Positions 57,228-64,000 of a DNA stretch of 64,000 nucleotides are shown here, one piece after another. Within the stretch, counting starts at the first letter, position 1. Each line of letters begins with the position of its first letter. The DNA lies in the IMG/VR virus record IMGVR_UViG_3300050343_000191, positions 167,086-231,085 of that record; one strand, 5' to 3'. The translations under genes were made by a program, and so were the position numbers. Under the pieces are notes generated by a model. It was not told the DNA's origin, ran no database searches, and saw only the letters and a list, made by a program, of their open reading frames with translations.

Positions 57228-58757
57228 TTAATATTTAGGACCACCAGGACTGCCTTGTGGAGGTGTTGTTGCTGGAGTATTGCCTGCTCCTCCAGATGCT
57301 CCAGTAGCTGCCCAATCTGATCCTCCACCACCAGAACCACCAGATTGTCCAGCAACATTGGGTCCACTACCACCACCGCCACCAGCAGCTGCAGTGATTG
57401 GTGTTCCAAAATATGAATCAGTTCCAGTTGATCCAATCTTTACTGTATTACCACCGTCTGATCCTGGTGAGTGGGCACCAGCACCAACCTGAATGGTTGT
57501 AGATACTGGATGTGCTCCGATTGGAGTTGTCCCTGTTCTATATCCACCAGCACCGCCACCTCCAAATAAAGCAGCACCAGAACCACCACCGGCAACTACA
57601 ACATATTCTACATTTGCTGCAGACCAATTTGGTTCAGTTGCAAAAGTACCAGAACCAGTAAAGGTATGAATAGTTTTACCACCATAGTAACTGATAGCAC
57701 CACCAGTTGCTTTTGCTACTGCTGCTATTGTTCCTATTTGATAACGAACTACTACGATACCGGAACCACCTGATTCAGAGTAGTTACTTGCACCATTTCC
57801 ACCGCCACCGCCACCAGTTCCTTCTATTCCTGCAGATGCTCCAGTTGGTGTTCCAGTGGTTCCGTTCCAATCGCCACCTTTTCCTCCACCACCATTTCCG
57901 CCAGCACCACCACCAGGTCCTGGATTATTTGTTCCGCCACCGCCACCACCAGCATAAAATTTTGCTGTTGATGTTTCTATGGCAATTGGTAATCCAGCAC
58001 CACCATAACCACCTGCTCTAGGACCAGGATTCAGAGTATGTGCATGTTCTCCTTGTTGACCTGCACCACCGCCACCTCCACCAGCAGTATAAGCAACTGA
58101 TCCATCAGATCCACCACCACCTGGAAAACCTTGTTGATTGGGTCCAGGATAATCTTGTCCTGCACCACCGTTGTTACTACTACCACCACCTGATCCTCCA
58201 CCACCAGAACCACCAGCTTGTCCAGCAACATTAATTTCACCACCAGGCACACCGCCGCCACCGCCGCCACCTAGTGAGGTTATTGTTCCAAATGATGAAT
58301 TTGTTCCAGGATTTCCAGTTGTCTTGACATATAAACCAGCACCACCACCACCAATTTGAACAGGATAAGATTGAACAGATACTTGGAATGGTGAACCTGC
58401 CAATGGGTGACCAGAAATATTAGTTCTTAATCCACCAGCACCACCACCGCCAGCACCCCAGGATGGAAAATTGGAACCGCCACCGCCACCGCCAGCAACT
58501 ACAAGATACTCAACAGTATCACCAAAAGAACCTCCTGCAGTTACATTCAGTGCTCCTGATGAAGTAAAGATGTGTGCTCTATAAACACCACCAGGAGCAG
58601 TAGTATAATCACTAATTACACCACCAGTTGCTGTTAGACCTACTGGTGGAGGTGGTACAGGACTTACTGCATCCTTTCCTGATGAATCGCCACCAAGAGC
58701 TTTAACAAACTTATTTCCAAAGGTGTTTGCTTGATTTCCTAATCCTTTAATACCCAT
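57228..58757 (-). CDS. Glycine-rich adhesin-like protein with two modules, the second apparently truncated
   Basis: HIFTSSG...VVAGGGGGG...SGIVVVRY, then HTFTGSG...VVAGGGSG ending abruptly at GGPKY. Confidence 0.7.
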   Translation of the reverse strand: MGIKGLGNQANTFGNKFVKALGGDSSGKDAVSPVPPPPVGLTATGGVISDYTTAPGGVYRAHIFTSSGALNVTAGGSFGDTVEYLVVAGGGGGGSNFPSWGAGGGGAGGLRTNISGHPLAGSPFQVSVQSYPVQIGGGGAGLYVKTTGNPGTNSSFGTITSLGGGGGGGVPGGEINVAGQAGGSGGGGSGGGSSNNGGAGQDYPGPNQQGFPGGGGSDGSVAYTAGGGGGGAGQQGEHAHTLNPGPRAGGYGGAGLPIAIETSTAKFYAGGGGGGTNNPGPGGGAGGNGGGGKGGDWNGTTGTPTGASAGIEGTGGGGGGNGASNYSESGGSGIVVVRYQIGTIAAVAKATGGAISYYGGKTIHTFTGSGTFATEPNWSAANVEYVVVAGGGSGAALFGGGGAGGYRTGTTPIGAHPVSTTIQVGAGAHSPGSDGGNTVKIGSTGTDSYFGTPITAAAGGGGGSGPNVAGQSGGSGGGGSDWAATGASGGAGNTPATTPPQGSPGGPKY

Positions 58758-58759
58758 AA

Positions 58760-59155
58760 TTAGATATCCGTATCGCCATTTACCAAGAAATTAACTGCAG
58801 AACCAATACCCACACCACCAGCATCTGGTGGAGTAACATCAACACTAAGAGAATCAGTAGATGTTAGTACAATGGGATAATTGGATTCAAAGAATGTTGT
58901 TTCATTAGGAGCAACATCAATCCTTAAAATTCTATTTCCTACAACAGGAGTGGAAGTAACTGGATTAGTATCAGGGTTAATGTAGAGTGAAACCCTAGCA
59001 GTACCAAGTCCAGTGTTATGCATAATGACACTTCTAATATAGCAAGTACCTGCCACACCAGCATCAGTAGGTGTAACCCCAGCAGTTAAAATACCGACAG
59101 TTGCAATGCCAGTCACCGAAGTTATATTTAATACTTTAGTCTTTTGAAGTGCCAT
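58760..59155 (-). CDS. Small beta-sandwich virion-associated protein
   Basis: IRSVIMHN...VSLYI...IVLTSTDSL resembles 61325-61702. Confidence 0.55.
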   Translation of the reverse strand: MALQKTKVLNITSVTGIATVGILTAGVTPTDAGVAGTCYIRSVIMHNTGLGTARVSLYINPDTNPVTSTPVVGNRILRIDVAPNETTFFESNYPIVLTSTDSLSVDVTPPDAGGVGIGSAVNFLVNGDTDI

Positions 59156-59180
59156 CTTATACTTCGTTTTCCTTTATTTA

Positions 59181-59936
59181 TTAGATGAACAGAGAGGAGG
59201 TTATATCAAGTGCTCCACCGCCAGCAGCAGCAACACCAGTTAATTGTGAACCATCACCATGAAAAGCAGTAGCACTCACAATACCTGCATTAGTATACAT
59301 TGTAATACCAGTACCAACTAGTACGTTGCCACTAGTTACAGCAGCTCCAACACTAACAAGTTCAACCCAAGCACCTGCGTGAGCAAAGTATGCTTTTCCT
59401 TCTGAGTGAACGTGAGCAAAAGCACCATGATAACTTGATGCTAATGGTAAATCAGAAAGATTATTATAAAGGAAGGGAATTGTATTATTAGTTGCAGAAG
59501 CAACAATTCTTCCACTAAACGTAGAAACACCAGATACGTTTATATTATCAAGTTCACTATGTCCTACAACATTGATACCTTGTCTAAAAGTACCAATACC
59601 TTGAGAATCAACGTTAGTTACATCCTCATAAGTAATAGTTCCACCAACAGAAATGCTACCACTAAAAGCAGCGGTAGCAGCAGTAATTCCACCAACACTA
59701 ATACTATTAGATGTTGTGTTTCCTTGTGTTGTTACAGCATCTAGATTTGGAGTCGCCCCAGCGGGTAGATTAGTTAAAGCAGAACCGTCACCAGAAAATC
59801 CAGTAGCAGTAAGAACACCAACAACTGATGCTACATTTTTTAGCGAAGAATTTCCTACATCAAGACTATCACCAGATTGCAACTCTTGCAACTGGTTCGC
59901 ACTGGGATTATAAACTAGCGGATATCTATCTGCCAT
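59181..59936 (-). CDS. Fibre-like protein
   Basis: ATGFSGDGSALT, ITYEDVTNVDS.GIGT and AFHGDGSQLTG fibre motifs. Confidence 0.65.
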   Translation of the reverse strand: MADRYPLVYNPSANQLQELQSGDSLDVGNSSLKNVASVVGVLTATGFSGDGSALTNLPAGATPNLDAVTTQGNTTSNSISVGGITAATAAFSGSISVGGTITYEDVTNVDSQGIGTFRQGINVVGHSELDNINVSGVSTFSGRIVASATNNTIPFLYNNLSDLPLASSYHGAFAHVHSEGKAYFAHAGAWVELVSVGAAVTSGNVLVGTGITMYTNAGIVSATAFHGDGSQLTGVAAAGGGALDITSSLFI

Positions 59937-59961
59937 TACATTAGTATAGTCTTTTTATTAT

Positions 59962-60363
59962 TTATGCCTTGTTGAAAGCAATGAATCCTTTGGTCCCATC
60001 TCTCTTCACTACACCAAGATGTTCTCCGTGAAGATCAATCGTTGCAGCAGCAGTTCTTGTTCCAATCGTTAAACTGGTCAATGATGGAGTCGTTTGAGTA
60101 GTACTCAATACTACTGCATAAAACGAATCGTTAGTCTTAGGAGCAGCAGCAAATGTTATTTGGTTCTCATTAATTATATAAGATTTAACAGGTTCTTGAA
60201 TCACACCTTCAAGAGAAATCAAAACAGAATAAGAGTTCTGACAAAAGAAAGGAAGACCTCCAATCACAAGATTGAAGGATACAAGATTTCCGTCAAACTG
60301 AGATGAGATATCATCCAGTTTTCTATATGCTCCTGATTCGTTTGGTCTTCCGATGTATGGCAT
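59962..60363 (-). CDS. Baseplate-wedge/adaptor-like beta-repeat protein
   Basis: MPYIGR...LDDISSQFDG...LISLEGVIQEP...ITFAAAP. Confidence 0.6.
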   Translation of the reverse strand: MPYIGRPNESGAYRKLDDISSQFDGNLVSFNLVIGGLPFFCQNSYSVLISLEGVIQEPVKSYIINENQITFAAAPKTNDSFYAVVLSTTQTTPSLTSLTIGTRTAAATIDLHGEHLGVVKRDGTKGFIAFNKA

Positions 60364-60365
60364 TG

Positions 60366-61310
60366 CTATCTAATAAAAATAAAGAACGCCTGACTATTAA
60401 AATCAACTCTAGTTGCATTTGGTGCAACGTTAGTTTGATTATTATCATACCACGCTGGTCCATTACCGTCATCAGTACCAATCAATGCTGATGAGTCAGT
60501 ATCTTGTCCTGAATAAGCAACAGTAGCAGATACACTCCATTTAGCATCATTCATACCCTGATAGAACCACATATCAGTTCCTGGTGTTGAAAAATATCCA
60601 GGTCTACAATAGTTTTCCAGCGATGATGCAGTGTCAGATATTCTGTGATGAATATAACCACTGTTAGACCATCTTCCTCTACCATCTCTGGCACCGGCAC
60701 AAACAGTTCCTTGTTTTGGTCCTGATGTTACCTGCCCATAAGCAACTTTAGATGTATTCGTGTAATTCGTTTGATTTGTGAAGAATCTGATAGAATTCTG
60801 ATTACTTGGTACCTGATAAATCCAATCACTACTTCTGTTGGTCATCCAATCAGCAGTATCAATACATCCAATACACCTAACTTCAGTCGTAGTATATGTT
60901 CCAAAATCAGCAGACCACCTACTACCACCGCCTTGAGTAACGTCTGATAAACCTCTTACGGATGTTATCGCATTCTTAATAGTGCTCTTCCCATCAGCAG
61001 CGAAACGAGCAACAAGCATCCATCCATAATCTCCACCCTGAGACGATCCAGTGGTGAACATACAATAGATTGGCTGCTCTCCACCATCAGGAGTGTTTAT
61101 ATAATAAACTCCATCGGTTGTGACTCCTATAGATCTGAGTGCTTCGGCACTTGATGCAGGGTTACCTTGTCCACCAAGAGGAATCGACCATCCACCCTCT
61201 TGCTTCATATAATACTGTTGGTCCATTGTGAAAACACCAGTAGTATCCGATACAACAGTGTTACTACCTACAGTGTTTCCAAAAACTCCGCCCAACCATC
61301 TTCTTGTCAT
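60366..61310 (-). CDS. Fibrinogen-like domain protein (putative receptor binding)
   Basis: DGVYYI...IYCMF...GWMLVARF fibrinogen C-terminal-like motif. Confidence 0.6.
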   Translation of the reverse strand: MTRRWLGGVFGNTVGSNTVVSDTTGVFTMDQQYYMKQEGGWSIPLGGQGNPASSAEALRSIGVTTDGVYYINTPDGGEQPIYCMFTTGSSQGGDYGWMLVARFAADGKSTIKNAITSVRGLSDVTQGGGSRWSADFGTYTTTEVRCIGCIDTADWMTNRSSDWIYQVPSNQNSIRFFTNQTNYTNTSKVAYGQVTSGPKQGTVCAGARDGRGRWSNSGYIHHRISDTASSLENYCRPGYFSTPGTDMWFYQGMNDAKWSVSATVAYSGQDTDSSALIGTDDGNGPAWYDNNQTNVAPNATRVDFNSQAFFIFIR

Positions 61311-61324
61311 TTTAGATCCTCCTA

Positions 61325-61702
61325 TTAGGCGTCGTCTAGTTCTTCATATGAAATAATTATTTCTAAATCACTAGCGTTGTCTGCACCCGCACGGATTTCA
61401 TCTCCTTCTTCAAGATAGATTGGAGCATCTTTACCAAGAACAATCAAAGTTGAGGTGGCAGGAACACTAACTGCTTTTGCAATGTGCCATGATGCTGGTG
61501 CATTAGTTCCAGCACTGTCGTAGAACTTTACTGTGACCGAAGCAGAATTAACCCCATCAACGTTTGATACAATGATAGAATTAATTTTTAATATCTTATC
61601 GCTAGGACATAGAAGTATCTGCGTATTAGCAGAAGTGCCGAGTGCGGCACCCATCGTCTTACCGTAGATACTCGTTACGTTTACAACGTTTGGTGCAGCC
61701 AT
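61325..61702 (-). CDS. Small beta-sandwich virion-associated protein
   Basis: KINSIIVSNVDG...APIYLEEGDEIRA. Confidence 0.6.
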   Translation of the reverse strand: MAAPNVVNVTSIYGKTMGAALGTSANTQILLCPSDKILKINSIIVSNVDGVNSASVTVKFYDSAGTNAPASWHIAKAVSVPATSTLIVLGKDAPIYLEEGDEIRAGADNASDLEIIISYEELDDA

Positions 61703-61734
61703 TGTTTTTTAATCTCCGTAAATCTATTTAGCAA

Positions 61735-62419
61735 TCAACCAAAAACCATCGCCATAGCGATTGCCTTTCCAGTTGTGGCAAGGCATACCTTGAATATCCC
61801 GCCACCCTCTATATCCCATCACCAGTTGAGTGCTTACGGTACCACCTGCTGTCTTATCACCATCAGCACCACCATAAACTACAATCACCACCATTAGCAG
61901 TAGTATTATTTGTAGTTCCTGAGACATCAACTAAGTCCAACTGTTGTGGTATCTCAATCTAAACTAGTGGTATTAATCTTGGTTTCAGTACCAGTGACTG
62001 TAAGATTGCACCACCAATCTGTTCCATCATTAGTTACAACTAGTGTGGAAATAGTTCCTGTAATATCACCAAACGATGTAGAACCAGAAACATTTAAAGT
62101 TCCTGTGGTAATGATACCCGATGGGTTATTAAAACTACCACCACCAGTTACGTTCAGTGCTCCAGTTATATTAGTAGCACCAGTAACATTCAGAATGTTA
62201 GAAACGGTAGTAACACCAGCAATCGTAGCACCACCAGCAAGTGCAAATATCGCTTGTGCCAGAAGCAGTTATCGCACCAGCAATAGAAGTGGCACCACCA
62301 ACAACGAAGTCACCGTTGTTAGTCAAAGTAACACCAGCACCAATATTCAATCCCTTAGAATAAATCGGTGCGGCAGAACCACTCTGACTTACAATATTAT
62401 CAACTCTAAGTTCTGACAT
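61735..62419 (-). pseudogene. Fibre protein broken by several frameshifts
   Basis: MSELRVDNIV...GAAP anchor; middle AGGATIAGVTTVSNIL... in another frame; C-terminal LATTGKAIAMAMVFG stop at 61735. Confidence 0.65.
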
Positions 62420-62442
62420 CGCGTCTAATACTTTCTAGTTAT

Positions 62443-62709
62443 TTAGACGACAGTGTGTGGCAGATTATAGTGATTGATAACTAAATGTCTGTCATCAGCA
62501 ATATCAAGTGTTGCTCCAGTATCAACTCTTACGTGAGTCTTGTTGATGCTAACGAGAGCATCGTTGGCACCAGCGGTTGTGCTATCAAGAGTGAAATTAG
62601 CACTAACAACTTTTGGTGATGTATCGATGACCGCAAATTCATCAGCGGCAACAACACCTTCATAGTTGGTAGCACTAACAAGTCTTGTTGTATCTCTTGC
62701 TCTAGTCAT
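62443..62709 (-). CDS. Small adaptor-like protein
   Basis: C-terminal VRVDTGATLDIADDRHLVINHYNL motif shared with the other adaptors. Confidence 0.6.
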   Translation of the reverse strand: MTRARDTTRLVSATNYEGVVAADEFAVIDTSPKVVSANFTLDSTTAGANDALVSINKTHVRVDTGATLDIADDRHLVINHYNLPHTVV

Positions 62710-62716
62710 AAGTCTA

Positions 62717-64000
62717 TTAAACTACCTTACCCATTTCAATGTTATGGGTAGTTGCACCCTGCATTCTTGCTCGATTATGCATTACTGTCCAGTTGGTGCC
62801 ATCATCGGAAGCTTGAACTTGCCAATCACATACCACAGTACCTCCACCAATCCAAATTTTAACTCTATCAAATAATCTCTTATTACCTGAACCAAGATCA
62901 AGTTGCAACCACGATCCTACTCCAGAACTGTCAGTATGGAAACAATTATTACCACTATTATTATCAGTTACATTTGATGCACTAAAACCTACCAATCCAC
63001 TATGCGTATAATTTTGATAATTACTACCTTGATAATAAGTCGATGAACCTTTTTCAAAGAATTGAACTTCATTATGCCAAGGACCACCACCAGCACCATT
63101 CATCTTATAAAGTCTCCAATATCTATATCCAACAGTATGTGCAGTTCCACTTGCTAGAGATGAATTTACTTGTGGGTATCTAACTACAACAATTCCACCA
63201 GCACCATCTCCACCTGGAGTAACTATTGCAGGGGACCACTGTCCACCTCCACCACCAGATCCGGTATGCAATGTTCCATTAGCTCCAGACCATCCACCAC
63301 CACCACCTGGGTTGGCGGGGGCACCTTTTCCACCACCACCTGTTCCACCTTCTCCACCATCTCTATTTTGAGGAGTTTCACCCATTCCACCCCCACCACC
63401 AGCAAATCTACCACCGAAGGGGTTGAGGTAAGATAAACCAATTATGGGTCCAGTAAAAGCAGGGAATTGTCGTCCATCACCACCTGCTCCAGGTTGCGAT
63501 CCACCATCAGTACCAACGGAAGTAGATCCACCTCCACCTCCACCCATCAATGGACTATTGCCAGGAGTGGCACCACCATTAGAACCATAAGTAGAAACAG
63601 TACCACCACCAGCACCAGTTACTTGTGGTGCTGATGATTGAATTGTGAGACCACCGTTATCTGAACCAGGACCTGCTGCTCCACCACCACTACCACCGGG
63701 AGCGGGATTTTGGGTCCATCCAGCACCACCGCCGCCACCTTTGGCAGTTAAAGATAATCCATAGGGGTGAGTAACTGTTGCATCTCCTCCGGTTGCACCA
63801 GTATCATTTGCTGCAACACCACCAGTGCCACCAGCAGGTATGGTAATTACATATTCACCCTGTACAAGAGTAGTACTTTCTAGTAGAACAATTCCACCAG
63901 CACCACCGCCACCGGATGCACCATTTCCACCAGCGCCTCCACCACCTGGAGCTACAACGAATATGTCAGCATTTTCGACCTCACCAATCGCTGTAAAAGA
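62717..64000 (-). CDS. Glycine-rich protein with a C-terminal discoidin (F5/8 type C)-like domain; 5' end outside the window
   Basis: Frame open from 64000; GGIVVVRYP, then FHTD...WLQLDLG...WQVQASDDGTNWT. Confidence 0.7.
   Translation of the reverse strand, partial: SFTAIGEVENADIFVVAPGGGGAGGNGASGGGGAGGIVLLESTTLVQGEYVITIPAGGTGGVAANDTGATGGDATVTHPYGLSLTAKGGGGGAGWTQNPAPGGSGGGAAGPGSDNGGLTIQSSAPQVTGAGGGTVSTYGSNGGATPGNSPLMGGGGGGSTSVGTDGGSQPGAGGDGRQFPAFTGPIIGLSYLNPFGGRFAGGGGGMGETPQNRDGGEGGTGGGGKGAPANPGGGGGWSGANGTLHTGSGGGGGQWSPAIVTPGGDGAGGIVVVRYPQVNSSLASGTAHTVGYRYWRLYKMNGAGGGPWHNEVQFFEKGSSTYYQGSNYQNYTHSGLVGFSASNVTDNNSGNNCFHTDSSGVGSWLQLDLGSGNKRLFDRVKIWIGGGTVVCDWQVQASDDGTNWTVMHNRARMQGATTHNIEMGKVV

Noticed and set aside
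61946-62416. 156 aa plus-strand ORF
   Set aside because: Antisense of a broken fibre gene; the Pro/Val/Thr pattern mirrors GGT/ACT codons.
43140-62709. Diversity-generating retroelement or shufflon
   Set aside because: No reverse transcriptase or recombinase in the window, no adenine-specific TR/VR pair seen, and the repeats are direct rather than inverted.

Overview
This window is a 64 kb segment of a T4-like cyanomyophage (Kyanoviridae-type) genome, coded almost entirely on the minus strand. From left to right: (1) 1-5.4 kb, small accessory ORFs including a CP12-like protein, a glutaredoxin-like protein and a PD-(D/E)XK nuclease-like gene next to a broken SF2 helicase; (2) 6.5-9.5 kb, three 2OG-Fe(II) oxygenases and a flavin-dependent halogenase-like gene; (3) 9.5-18.5 kb, large fibre/structural genes, one with a peptidase S74 chaperone; (4) about 19 kb, three tRNAs (Leu-UAA, CAU, Ile-UAU) and a Phd-like ORF; (5) 19.6-35.3 kb, the baseplate/tail module (gp5, hub proteins, gp51, gp26, gp54-like, gp4, gp2-like, gp48, gp53); (6) 35.3-39.8 kb, gp32, gp59, gp33, exonuclease, phoH and thyX; (7) 40.5-41.0 kb, a promoter-to-terminator unit with two tandem glutamine-riboswitch-like aptamers, the second enclosing a complete 54-codon ORF, followed by a DUF4278-like ORF (the most notable feature); (8) 42.8-64 kb, a modular island of adaptor, fibre and glycine-rich adhesin-like genes. 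That island shares an invariant 20-nt core between four fibre genes and has many frameshifts and apparent deletions between 46 and 62.4 kb, which may be sequencing or consensus errors. Family assignments come from motif recognition by eye; no searches were run.
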